From an uncultured Candidatus Saccharibacteria bacterium (GTDB lineage Bacteria > Patescibacteriota > Minisyncoccia > Phycocordibacterales > JACOZG01): 64,000 nt of DNA. Made by a program: the position numbers and the translations under genes. Positions within the stretch are counted from its first letter, which is position 1, and every line of letters starts with the position of its first letter. The stretch spans positions 68,360 to 132,359 of the forward strand of contig OZ246403.1 in the NCBI GenBank assembly GCA_965230925.1. The letters run 5' to 3'. The notes beneath the pieces were generated by a model, which was not told the DNA's origin, did not search any database, and saw nothing but the letters and a program-made list of their open reading frames with translations. This document shows, piece after piece, positions 9,471 through 18,519 of this stretch.

Positions 9471-9563
9471 CCTAATCCCAAGTGTTTGCTTTTATAATCC
9501 CCTGGATCAACAGATCTAGGGGATTTTCATTTTTTGATCATGATATAATAAATGCACTTCATC

Positions 9564-10433
9564 ATGCCCCATCTTCACGACGAGAAAATTAAGTTTTTGG
9601 AACAAAAGGCGAATGATATTCGTCGCTCGATCATTGAGATGCTGGTGGCTGCAGGTTCTGGTCACACGGCGGGGCCCTTGGGTATGGCCGATATTTTCAC
9701 CGCGCTCTATTTTCATCTTTTAAATCACGATCCTAAGCGACCAAATTGGGACGATCGCGACAGAGTGATTCTCTCTAATGGTCACATTTGCCCCGTGCTC
9801 TACGCCACGATGGCGCATGCCGGGTACTTCCCTGTGGAAGAACTCAAGACATTGCGCCGCTTCGGTTCTCGGCTCCAGGGTCATCCTCATCGTGAGTGGT
9901 TGCCCGCGCTTGAGACCAGTTCTGGTCCGCTTGGTTCTGGCCTTTCGCAAGCGGTGGGCATGGCGCTCGCTGAGCGTATCGATCGCGGCCGCGCTTCAGA
10001 TAAATTTTTCTATTGTCTCATGAGCGACGGCGAGTTCGATGCTGGGAATACTTGGGAGGGGATCTTGCTCGCGGGTAAAGAATCACTACACAATCTCATT
10101 GCGATCGTTGATCGCAATAATATTCAGATCGACGGCTTTACCGAGGACATCATGCCGCTTGAGCCGTTTAAGGCCAAGCTCGAGGCCTTCAACTGGCAGG
10201 TGCTCGAGATCGATGGTCACAACTTCGAGCAAATTAGTGATGCTGTCGGCCGAGCGAAGGCAGTGTTTAATAATCCCTCGATCATCATCGCTAACACCAT
10301 TCCCGGCAAAGGTGTGGCTGAATTTGAGCGCAAAGTTGAGTGGCACGGCAAACCACCAAATAAAGACGAAGCCAAAAACGCTTTGCATGAACTAAGGACG
10401 CTTTGGGGAAAGGTAAAGAGTGAGCATGAGTAA
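9564..10433 (+). CDS. tktA: Transketolase, N-terminal (TPP-binding) subunit
   Basis: SGH, DRVILSNGH, LQGHP, SDGE..., WHG; ATG 9564 preferred over 9552. Confidence 0.93.
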   Translation: MPHLHDEKIKFLEQKANDIRRSIIEMLVAAGSGHTAGPLGMADIFTALYFHLLNHDPKRPNWDDRDRVILSNGHICPVLYATMAHAGYFPVEELKTLRRFGSRLQGHPHREWLPALETSSGPLGSGLSQAVGMALAERIDRGRASDKFFYCLMSDGEFDAGNTWEGILLAGKESLHNLIAIVDRNNIQIDGFTEDIMPLEPFKAKLEAFNWQVLEIDGHNFEQISDAVGRAKAVFNNPSIIIANTIPGKGVAEFERKVEWHGKPPNKDEAKNALHELRTLWGKVKSEHE

Positions 10434-10677
10434 AAACCACATAATTATTAGTTGTATCTATTTAGCTGTCCTGTTAATGTTTTTCCTTCGCTCCACTCTT
10501 GAAAAAGCTGTCCCAGTTTCTATAATATTTTTGATCTTTTCTTTGGTTCTCATACTCAAAAAACGATTTCCTTATACAGCTTTTTCCTTAATAGTTTTTA
10601 TAATCTCTGTTTTACACGTAATTTTGTTCCCGCTACTTGCGGTGCTTATCATTTTTTCTGGTGGACCTGCGTTATAA
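10426..10677 (+). CDS. Small multi-TM membrane protein, array unit 1
   Basis: ATG overlaps the tktA end (CATGAGTAA); very hydrophobic; AT-rich. Confidence 0.7.
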   Translation: MSKNHIIISCIYLAVLLMFFLRSTLEKAVPVSIIFLIFSLVLILKKRFPYTAFSLIVFIISVLHVILFPLLAVLIIFSGGPAL

Positions 10678-10743
10678 TTGTACTTATAGTGATTAACTCA
10701 AACCAACAAGTGGCCACAATCGGTGCGGTTTATAAAAATCTAC

Positions 10744-11064
10744 ATGAGTAGCTCTAAACTAAAAAAGTTTTTTCACTTTACTAACACCAGAATGTCTTTG
10801 GCTATCTTGATTTTTGTTATCGGACTCATTTTGTTGTTAGGTTTATTGCCGCAAGCACTAAACGATCACGGCGGAGCAACAACCTCTTTGGGAGGCTTGT
10901 TTCTGGCTATTATTTTCTGGCCAGGAGCCGTTTTTATGAGTCTTGGTCAGGTTTTGTCCTTAGGTTTTATCTTTGCCCCTATAGCTTTTGTAGCCAGCGT
11001 TCTGTATTTTTACGCGTTGTCTTGTGTTTTCTGTAATCTTGTTTCTTATATAAAAAATAAATAA
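10744..11064 (+). CDS. Small multi-TM membrane protein, array unit 2
   Basis: Starts at CATGAGTA; about 3 hydrophobic segments. Confidence 0.7.
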   Translation: MSSSKLKKFFHFTNTRMSLAILIFVIGLILLLGLLPQALNDHGGATTSLGGLFLAIIFWPGAVFMSLGQVLSLGFIFAPIAFVASVLYFYALSCVFCNLVSYIKNK

Positions 11065-11066
11065 TC

Positions 11067-11354
11067 ATGAGTAAGTTTCTTAAATTCGTCGAACTGTTAT
11101 CGGTTTCTTATTTTGCAATCTCAGCCCCAATACTCTTTTTGAGCTTGCGGCCAACGTTTTTCGATATTCTTTTTCCTAAGGTGATGTTGATTGGTGGTCC
11201 AATAAGTTTAATGATGACCCCCCCATTGATAATTTATTTTCAAAAACCACCCAAAATAAGGTGGCCCGCCGGATTTTCTCTAGCAACCGCTTCTATTATT
11301 AGTCTTTGCTTCTTGTTTTTCTTGGCGCTCCTTTGGTCGGTAGATTTAATTTAA
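11067..11354 (+). CDS. Small multi-TM membrane protein, array unit 3
   Basis: Starts at CATGAGTAA; about 3 hydrophobic segments. Confidence 0.7.
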   Translation: MSKFLKFVELLSVSYFAISAPILFLSLRPTFFDILFPKVMLIGGPISLMMTPPLIIYFQKPPKIRWPAGFSLATASIISLCFLFFLALLWSVDLI

Positions 11355-11406
11355 AAAGTTAATCTCAGTCAGTAGTTTCAACTTCGTGATATCATTTTAA
11401 ACGAGC

Positions 11407-11697
11407 ATGAGTAAACTTAAGAAAATAAATTGGTGGATTAGTTTAGGTTTTCTTGTCGTGCTTGTTTCTTCGTTTCTGATTCCATATATTTTTCCTCTCG
11501 ATCTTTTGCCTTATCTGCTTGGCGTACTCCCATTCATTTGGATTCTATCTATTATTGATTTAATAAAACCACCAAGGTCTAAACTAGTAATTTTGGTAAT
11601 GATTTTAGCTGTAGTATTTTACCTTGTTCACGATACTCTATTTCATTGCGGCCTGTCCTGGGGAAAATTATTCGAAGAGGGTAAAATCTGCATTTAG
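11407..11697 (+). CDS. Small multi-TM membrane protein, array unit 4
   Basis: Starts at GAGCATGAGTAAA; about 3 hydrophobic segments. Confidence 0.7.
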   Translation: MSKLKKINWWISLGFLVVLVSSFLIPYIFPLDLLPYLLGVLPFIWILSIIDLIKPPRSKLVILVMILAVVFYLVHDTLFHCGLSWGKLFEEGKICI

Positions 11698-11750
11698 AAG
11701 TTAACCCCAGGCGGTGAATTTTATTTTTTTGGTTGTGTTAAAATTTATAC

Positions 11751-12023
11751 ATGGTATTTATCGCGGTTTTATATTTGATTGGCTCTCTCGTAACCATCTT
11801 TAATTTTATTTCCGTACCACTTTTGGACCTTTCCTTTCCTAATGTAGTGGTAGCGCTAGTGGTTGGTTCGATTACTTTTACTGCTTCACCACTATTGCTC
11901 ATTGGAAGTCTAATCTCAATTTTCTACCTCAAGAAGAGGTCGCCATTATTTTTTGTTGTTATGGCAGTATCGCTTGTGATGTCGCTATTTTACATTTATT
12001 CTTTTTTGCGTCCGACATATTAA
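11751..12023 (+). CDS. Small multi-TM membrane protein, array unit 5
   Basis: TGTTAAAAT just upstream of ATG; about 3 hydrophobic segments; ends 1 nt before tktB. Confidence 0.7.
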   Translation: MVFIAVLYLIGSLVTIFNFISVPLLDLSFPNVVVALVVGSITFTASPLLLIGSLISIFYLKKRSPLFFVVMAVSLVMSLFYIYSFLRPTY

Positions 12024-12024
12024 A

Positions 12025-13011
12025 ATGCTCAACCCCAACCAACATTTAAATCCCAGACTTTTTGATCTGAATGTCGAGCAGGTGCCGATTCGGAAGGGTT
12101 TTGGCGAGGGATTACTCGCGGCGGCGGAGAAGGATGAACGGATTGTGGGCTTGTGCGCGGATCTTACGGAAAGTACGCAGATGCATTTGTTTCGGAATAA
12201 ATTCCCGAATCGCTTTGTGGAGATTGGTGTCGCGGAGCAAAATTTGGCCACTGTTGCCTCGGGCATGGCGGCGATGGGCAAGATCCCATTCTTGAGTTCT
12301 TACGCCATGTTTAGCCCGGGTCGGAATTGGGAGCAGATTCGCACGACGATTTGCTATAACGACCAAGATGTGAAGATTGTGGGCTCGCATGCTGGTGTTT
12401 CTGTTGGTCCCGATGGCGGTACGCACCAAGCGATTGAGGACATTGCGATTATGCGCGTGATCCCACGGATGACGGTGGTAGTGCCATGCGATACGATTGA
12501 GGCCAAGAAGGCGACCCTCGCGATTGCGGCTAAGCGCGGTGCCACTTACTTGCGCTTGGCGCGAGAGAAAACGCCAGTAATTACCACCGAAGATACACCC
12601 TTCGAGCTCGGTAAAGCCAATGTGCTCATGGACCCCGAAGACGCTCAAGTGGCGATCTTCGCTTGTGGTCAACCGGTTTACAATGCTCTTGTGGCGGCGA
12701 AAAAGTTAGATAAAGAGGGAATTAAAGTCGCGGTAATTAATTTACATACGATTAAACCACTTGATACGAAAACGATTTTACACTTTGCCAAAAAGGCGGG
12801 GAAAATTCTTACCGTCGAAGAACATCAGAAGCATAGCGGCATGGGCAGTGCCATCGCCGAATTTTTGGTAGAAAATTACCCAATCCCGATGGCCATCCTC
12901 GGCGTCAATGACGAATTCGGCCAAAGCGGCACTCCCGAGCAACTCGTGGAGCACTATGGTCTCGGTGTTGACTCAATTGTGGAGAAGACGAAGAGTTTAA
13001 CTAAGAATTAA
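12025..13011 (+). CDS. tktB: Transketolase, C-terminal subunit
   Basis: ADLTEST, GVAEQN, GPDGGTHQAIEDIA, YLRLAR, VEEH. Confidence 0.93.
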   Translation: MLNPNQHLNPRLFDLNVEQVPIRKGFGEGLLAAAEKDERIVGLCADLTESTQMHLFRNKFPNRFVEIGVAEQNLATVASGMAAMGKIPFLSSYAMFSPGRNWEQIRTTICYNDQDVKIVGSHAGVSVGPDGGTHQAIEDIAIMRVIPRMTVVVPCDTIEAKKATLAIAAKRGATYLRLAREKTPVITTEDTPFELGKANVLMDPEDAQVAIFACGQPVYNALVAAKKLDKEGIKVAVINLHTIKPLDTKTILHFAKKAGKILTVEEHQKHSGMGSAIAEFLVENYPIPMAILGVNDEFGQSGTPEQLVEHYGLGVDSIVEKTKSLTKN

Positions 13012-14542
13012 TATCTGAAAGGTAGTCAGTGGGTAAGCCAACCGGAGGAAGTTGTTGGGAGAATTCTTTAGCTGATTCGATCCAATCTTCACCACCTGAA
13101 GCGGGGTAAATGATTGTTTTGTTGCCCAACAGTTGCTGGGTATTGTTGTCGCCCACCCAACGGGGGAAATAACTTTCCAGTTGTTGTAGGGCTTCGCTAG
13201 TAGAATAGGCTCTAAGACAACCAGCATAAGCACCATCTGGCTCTGGTGCGTCCCAACCGCAAGTTTCTGGGTCTGGTGCCGGGCCCCAGTCATGCATGAC
13301 CCACAAGTCTTCTACCACATTGTCTAAGCCAACGAAATCAACGGTTAAATTTCTGGCATTCTCGTCTAAGTCATTCCACCAATAGCGGGCGGCGGTACCA
13401 AGAATAAATTTAGAGTTAGGAACATTGTTTTTTACCACTTCCACCAGGGCGCGAGTCCAAGCAATGCGGTCTCGGCCGTCATTAGGCGCATAGTCGGGCA
13501 AAATCTCGGGCAACCACCACCAGAATTCAATATCTTGATTATTGGCCGCGGCGGCAAGAGGTTGGAGAGCAAGAGCAAGCGCCTGGTAATCAATGGGATA
13601 ATAGTCGAAGTTGTAGCCAGTGAGGTTGGTTTCATTTTCTAATACGATCTGTTTATTGCCCGTGTCTTCAGCAATGGCAATAGCGGCAGAAGCAATCGTT
13701 TGCCAAGCTGCGGCATTGGCAAAATCATAGAGAGGTGTACCACCAGTAGCTGGAGATATGGGCAAAGGCATGGCGGAAAGAGTTTTGATCCCGCCAATAA
13801 TTTCTAAACCAGGTGGTTTGCGATCATTTACTTCATTGTAAAAGTTGGTGTAGGCATATTCGTGGCGGGTGGTAAAAATTGTTCGATGAGACACTTTGGC
13901 GATATCGGGCAAGGCTTCCATGGCAAAGTCGAGCACATCCATCTCGGCGGTGGCCCCATCTTCTTCAGTATAAAATTCGGACGCTGGCCAGTCGGGCACA
14001 TTCACTTCCTTCCAAAAAATAAGTTCCGGCAAAACCTTAAGCGTAATAGTTCCGCGGTCAGTATTACCATCGCTATCGGTCACACGGAAGGTAAAGCTGT
14101 CGGTGCCCTTGAACCCCGCCTCCGGCGTATACGGTACGCGCGCTTCACGACCAAGTGACTGAATTACTCCCAAATGTCCATGACTTGGTTGCGTGCTGAT
14201 GGCAAAGGTCAAGTTGGGGTCGTCATCGTCATTGGCCTTCATGGTGAAAAGTAGGGTTTTCTCTTTTTGGGCTAAATAGCTGGAGTTCCTAGCTCTTGGC
14301 TTGAAGTCGGGCTCGGGAATTTCTGAAAGTGGGGGATTTTGATTTCCTGAATCACCGGAAGCAGAAAGTCTTTGTTCAATAGTCACCGTCGGTTCGACTT
14401 CGTCTACCAGCAAGAGCTTTGCCCCGCCCGAACGCGAGAGTTGATCGGAGAAAAAGAGCTGTTGCCCGACTACATAAAAGAAACCGAACGTTAGGACGAC
14501 GAGAAGCGACGCCAACAAGGTGGCTTTATCTTTCATTGACAC
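13001..14542 (-). CDS. Membrane-anchored surface protein: Ig-like (Big_9/cadherin-like) domain plus a large acidic domain, possibly a glycoside hydrolase
   Basis: N-terminal TM; 'PSHG.L...YTPEAGFKGTDSFTFRVTD' Big_9 signature; Trp/Asp/Glu-rich C-terminal region. Confidence 0.7.
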   Translation of the reverse strand: MSMKDKATLLASLLVVLTFGFFYVVGQQLFFSDQLSRSGGAKLLLVDEVEPTVTIEQRLSASGDSGNQNPPLSEIPEPDFKPRARNSSYLAQKEKTLLFTMKANDDDDPNLTFAISTQPSHGHLGVIQSLGREARVPYTPEAGFKGTDSFTFRVTDSDGNTDRGTITLKVLPELIFWKEVNVPDWPASEFYTEEDGATAEMDVLDFAMEALPDIAKVSHRTIFTTRHEYAYTNFYNEVNDRKPPGLEIIGGIKTLSAMPLPISPATGGTPLYDFANAAAWQTIASAAIAIAEDTGNKQIVLENETNLTGYNFDYYPIDYQALALALQPLAAAANNQDIEFWWWLPEILPDYAPNDGRDRIAWTRALVEVVKNNVPNSKFILGTAARYWWNDLDENARNLTVDFVGLDNVVEDLWVMHDWGPAPDPETCGWDAPEPDGAYAGCLRAYSTSEALQQLESYFPRWVGDNNTQQLLGNKTIIYPASGGEDWIESAKEFSQQLPPVGLPTDYLSDINS

Positions 14543-14629
14543 GGTAAATTATAACGCATAAATAATTTTTATTAGTCTAACTGGGGAAAAGTGTGATTGT
14601 TTAAAAGTGATCGTGCTATAATTTCCTCC

Positions 14630-15844
14630 GTGCGACGGCCCCGGATACTTATGTTCGGTTGGGAGTTTCCGCCACACAACAGTGGTGGACTGGGCACGGC
14701 CTGCTTCGGCCTGACGAGAGCACTTGCGAGTGTTGGAGCCGAGGTGATTTTTGTCTTGCCTAAACACATGCCAGTAGAGGCGGATTTTTTGCGTTTTCGC
14801 TTTGCCGGCATTGAGAATGTTAAGTTCCGACGGGTACCGGGTTTGCTCTATCCGTATGTCACAAGCGAGAAATATGCCGAGATGCGTAATGGAATCAATT
14901 CTAATCTTTATGGTTGGAGCTTGCTCGAAGAAGTTCAGCTCTATGCCGAGCGCGCGGCGGCCATTGCGGCCGAAGAAGACTTCGATATTATCCACGCGCA
15001 CGATTGGCTCGCCTATCCAGCCGGGCTCGCGGCTAAGGCGGTGAGTGGGAAGCCGCTCGTGGTGCACGTTCACGCCACCGAGTTTGATCGGACTGGCGGG
15101 ACTGGGGTGAATGAACAAGTGTACGCTATTGAAAAAGCGGGGATGGAACAGGCCGAGCAGGTGGTGACCGTGAGTGGTTGGACCAAAAATATTGTGGAGA
15201 AAAATTATGCGATTCCGAGTGAGAAAATTAAGGTGGTGCACAATGGCGTGGATATCGAAAACTTGGCGAGTCGGAAGCCGTTGCCACTCGCGGCCCTCAA
15301 ACAAGCCGGAAACAAAATGGTGCTCTTTGTTGGCCGGATTACTTTGCAAAAAGGTCCGGATTATTTTATCCAACTCGCTAAGCGGGTGCTGGAACTTGAG
15401 CCAAAAACTTATTTTGTGGTTGCTGGTTCGGGCGACATGGAAGCGCAAACTATTCGCCAAGCGGCGGCGCTTGGTATCGCCGATCGCGTGATCTTCGCTG
15501 GTTTCTTGCGCGGCGCCGAGCTCGATGCCATGTATCGCGCCGCTGATATTTATATTTTACCTTCTGTCTCCGAGCCGTTTGGCATTACACCGCTTGAGTC
15601 ACTGGCCGCTGGTACGCCGGTGCTCGTTTCTAAACAATCCGGCGTGGCCGAAGTGGTGAAGCACGCACTCAAAGTTGATTTCTGGGATGTGGAAGAAATG
15701 ACTAATCAAGTTGTTACTGCGCTCCGCCACCCGCCGCTCCAGCAAACTCTCGCCAATTACGGCAATCAAGAAGTCCAAAAAGTCACTTGGATGGAAGCAG
15801 CGAAGAAGTGTATAGACCTCTATCGGAATTTTATTCCAGTTTGA
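14630..15844 (+). CDS. GT4/glycogen-synthase-like glycosyltransferase
   Basis: MFGWEFPP..SGGLG, HAHDWL, QKGPDYF, SEPFGITPLE; GTG 14630 lies 7 nt after TATAAT. Confidence 0.92.
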   Translation: MRRPRILMFGWEFPPHNSGGLGTACFGLTRALASVGAEVIFVLPKHMPVEADFLRFRFAGIENVKFRRVPGLLYPYVTSEKYAEMRNGINSNLYGWSLLEEVQLYAERAAAIAAEEDFDIIHAHDWLAYPAGLAAKAVSGKPLVVHVHATEFDRTGGTGVNEQVYAIEKAGMEQAEQVVTVSGWTKNIVEKNYAIPSEKIKVVHNGVDIENLASRKPLPLAALKQAGNKMVLFVGRITLQKGPDYFIQLAKRVLELEPKTYFVVAGSGDMEAQTIRQAAALGIADRVIFAGFLRGAELDAMYRAADIYILPSVSEPFGITPLESLAAGTPVLVSKQSGVAEVVKHALKVDFWDVEEMTNQVVTALRHPPLQQTLANYGNQEVQKVTWMEAAKKCIDLYRNFIPV

Positions 15845-15930
15845 CGGGGTTTATTAGCTGGTTACAATAAGCCCGGACCTAGTTGTTTGGGGGCCCCATA
15901 ACGGGTCAGTTTCAACAGTGGAGGACGTTT

Positions 15931-16320
15931 ATGGTGCTTAGGATTTGGGCAAGGATGCGTTGGCGCGCGTTGCGTCGAGCACGAGACCTGATTGGTAAGG
16001 AGCCAGAAGTAGATAGAAACACGCTGATTTGGCGAAACAAGAAAGGGCTGATGGTTAGCTATCAGAGAGATGGCTACCTGAGTATCGCGTGGGGGCAGGC
16101 CACCAAGCAGTTCTATATCCCAATCAAGGGGCGTCGACTCCAGTTTGATGAAGGTAGGCTGTCGATTTCGCAAGGGGAAGGTGGTTTGAACATCTACTCG
16201 GTGCCAGATTCGGCAAAAGACAAACTCGAAAACCTGTTGTCGGCAATTCAAAAGAAAGTCGACAAAAAGCTCCGTAAGAAAAAGAAACGAATCAAGACCA
16301 AGAAGCGTCGAGTGGCCTAA
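15931..16320 (+). CDS. Orphan basic protein with a Lys/Arg-rich tail
   Basis: TTGACG-16-TACAAT promoter, GGAGG SD, terminator 16350-16375. Confidence 0.65.
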   Translation: MVLRIWARMRWRALRRARDLIGKEPEVDRNTLIWRNKKGLMVSYQRDGYLSIAWGQATKQFYIPIKGRRLQFDEGRLSISQGEGGLNIYSVPDSAKDKLENLLSAIQKKVDKKLRKKKKRIKTKKRRVA

Positions 16321-16483
16321 AAAGCTGCTGTATCCAAGGTGTGAGTTCCGGGTCCTGCGCCGCAGGACCCTTTTTGTGTCTACTTAAAATAGAGGTTGCA
16401 CAGTTTCTTAATTTGTGGTAGTTAATAGGTGACGTATTGGATCATTGAAAACTGAAGGTTAGGTCTTGTTGAAAGGGATGGCG

Positions 16484-16843
16484 ATGAAAAATAAAGGTTT
16501 AGTTGTCTTCACTGCGGGATGTGCGATTTGTTCCGCGTTTTTTGGAGGAATGTATTGGGAACAACGGACTCAGTTTGCCAAGAAATATGGTGAGACTGAA
16601 GTTTGTCAAAAACAAATCACTGCGTCTTCGAGCCCCAAAGACGTGGAAGCACTCCTTGTCCAAATTGCAGACATTCTTAAAGAGAACGACAACCGTGATC
16701 TGCTTGCGACAGCAGGGGTTCTTTATGCCCTGTCTGGTTGTTTGAATGTCGGTCAGGAGCGTGCGATTGAGATGTTAAGGGTCCTTGTACCCTTCATCGA
16801 AGGGGAAACCATTGCTCTAAAGTTTCCAATATCTCAAACGTGA
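16484..16843 (+). CDS. Orphan protein with an N-terminal membrane anchor
   Basis: AAGGGA SD; terminator 16865-16898. Confidence 0.6.
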   Translation: MKNKGLVVFTAGCAICSAFFGGMYWEQRTQFAKKYGETEVCQKQITASSSPKDVEALLVQIADILKENDNRDLLATAGVLYALSGCLNVGQERAIEMLRVLVPFIEGETIALKFPISQT

Positions 16844-16927
16844 CTCACGAGCACTGCTGTTTGTGACCCACTCTCGGTTCGAGGGTGGGTTTCTTTTTGT
16901 CTGGAAAAGTCGCTATACTGGAGCCAA

Positions 16928-18187
16928 ATGCCAGCCGTTTGCATGTATTTTCAGGTTCATCAGCCCTTGCGGGTGAAGAAGTATCGAGTCTTTGATATTG
17001 GCACAGACGGTGACTATTTCAACGATAATTCCGAGACAAATTTAAATAATAAGCGGATTGTGCACAAAGTGGCCGAGAAGTGTTATGTCCCGGCGAGCAA
17101 AGTGATTCTTGATTTACTGAAACGTCACCCGGAGTTCCACGCTAACTTCTCGATTTCTGGCGTCGCCCTCGAGCAACTTGAGGCTTGGTCGCCCGAGACG
17201 ATTGATCTCTTTAAAAAATTGGTAGACACCGGCCGTGTCGAGATTCTCGGCGAGACGTATCATCATTCACTCTCCTTCTTCTATTCACCCACTGAATTTG
17301 AACATCAGGTTAAGATGCACGCAGCGAAGGTGAAGAAACTTTTTGGCGTTAAACCAAAGATTTTCCGCAATACCGAGCTCTCATATCGTAACGACCTCGG
17401 CACTTGGGCCGAGCAAGCGGGTTACGATGGTGTTCTTACTGAAGGTTGGGATCATTGGTTGGGTTGGAAAAGTCCGAACTTCTTATATCGCCCGCCCGGG
17501 ACGAAGAAAATTAAGCTGTTTTTAAAAAATTATAAACTCTCCGACGACATGGCCTTCCGCTTCGGCGAGCGTTCTTGGCGCGAGTGGCCTCTTACGGCCG
17601 AGAAGTTTGCTCACTGGGTCTCGGCGCATAATGGCGCGGGTGAGATTATCAATCTTTTTATGGACTACGAAACTTTTGGTGAGCATCAATGGGCCGATAG
17701 TGGTATTTTCGATTTTCTCTCCGCTTTGCCAGGCGAGGTCTATAAACATCCCGACAATCGCTTCCTCACCTTGAGCGAAGCGGCGAAGGAGTTTGAGGCG
17801 CGCGATGAGCTTGATTTGCCGAGCATCGTGACTTGGGCCGACACCGAGCGCGATCTCTCGGCCTGGACGGGGAATGATATGCAAAATTATGCGCTCAAGA
17901 CAATTTATGATCTCGAGCCCGTGGTTCTCGAAACCGAAAATAAAAACCTGATCGAGAGCTGGCGTCGACTCCAAACCTCCGATCACTTCTACTATATGTG
18001 CACCAAGTGGTTCGCCGACGGCGATGTCCATGCCTACTTCAACCCCTACGCCTCACCCTACGAAGCATTTATTGCTTATATCAACGCGGTGACCGACCTC
18101 AAGTGGAGATTAGAACAGATGCCACGTGAGCAAATCACAGTTCGCCCTTCGCGAGATAAGAAGCGGGTGGTAAAATTAAAGGTATGA
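16928..18187 (+). CDS. Glycoside hydrolase family 57 (alpha-amylase-like)
   Basis: FQVHQP, ETYHHS, RNTEL, DYETFGEHQ, TSDHFYYM. Confidence 0.95.
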   Translation: MPAVCMYFQVHQPLRVKKYRVFDIGTDGDYFNDNSETNLNNKRIVHKVAEKCYVPASKVILDLLKRHPEFHANFSISGVALEQLEAWSPETIDLFKKLVDTGRVEILGETYHHSLSFFYSPTEFEHQVKMHAAKVKKLFGVKPKIFRNTELSYRNDLGTWAEQAGYDGVLTEGWDHWLGWKSPNFLYRPPGTKKIKLFLKNYKLSDDMAFRFGERSWREWPLTAEKFAHWVSAHNGAGEIINLFMDYETFGEHQWADSGIFDFLSALPGEVYKHPDNRFLTLSEAAKEFEARDELDLPSIVTWADTERDLSAWTGNDMQNYALKTIYDLEPVVLETENKNLIESWRRLQTSDHFYYMCTKWFADGDVHAYFNPYASPYEAFIAYINAVTDLKWRLEQMPREQITVRPSRDKKRVVKLKV

Positions 18188-18513
18188 TAAAAAAGGAAAC
18201 AAAATCTCCGAAAAAGGTTTCGTCACCGAAAACGGTGAAGGTGAAACCGTCTTTGGTTGTGGCTAACGGTGCACAGGCCTTCTGGGTTCACAATGGGCCG
18301 ATTCTGAAAACTTTGGTCGACCTGAAAAACTTTTTAACCACAGCGACGCTCGACCAGTTTTTCCATCACACCAAGCGCGGTGGTAATGATTTCGCCAAGT
18401 GGGTCAAGGCTGTTTTGCGAGACGAGAAATGTGCGAGTGAACTAGAAAAGGCCGACACACCAAAGAAAGCGCTAGCTGTAATAACGAAGGCAATTAAAGG
18501 CTATAGGCTCTAA
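18184..18513 (+). CDS. Small conserved protein of the GH57/GH15 cluster (DUF5752-like)
   Basis: 'FWVHNG...F.HH...NDFAKWV' pattern; context. Confidence 0.65.
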   Translation: MIKKETKSPKKVSSPKTVKVKPSLVVANGAQAFWVHNGPILKTLVDLKNFLTTATLDQFFHHTKRGGNDFAKWVKAVLRDEKCASELEKADTPKKALAVITKAIKGYRL

Positions 18514-18519
18514 TTTCTA

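Noticed and set aside
10677-11750. Integron attC sites or CRISPR repeats in the transketolase array
   Set aside because: No RYYYAAC/GTTRRRY palindromes, no integrase, no regularly spaced identical repeats.
14549-15460. Long antisense ORFs (also 2703-3311, 4301-5077, 37571-38332, 49312-49911)
   Set aside because: They overlap conserved genes on the opposite strand and have no recognisable motifs.
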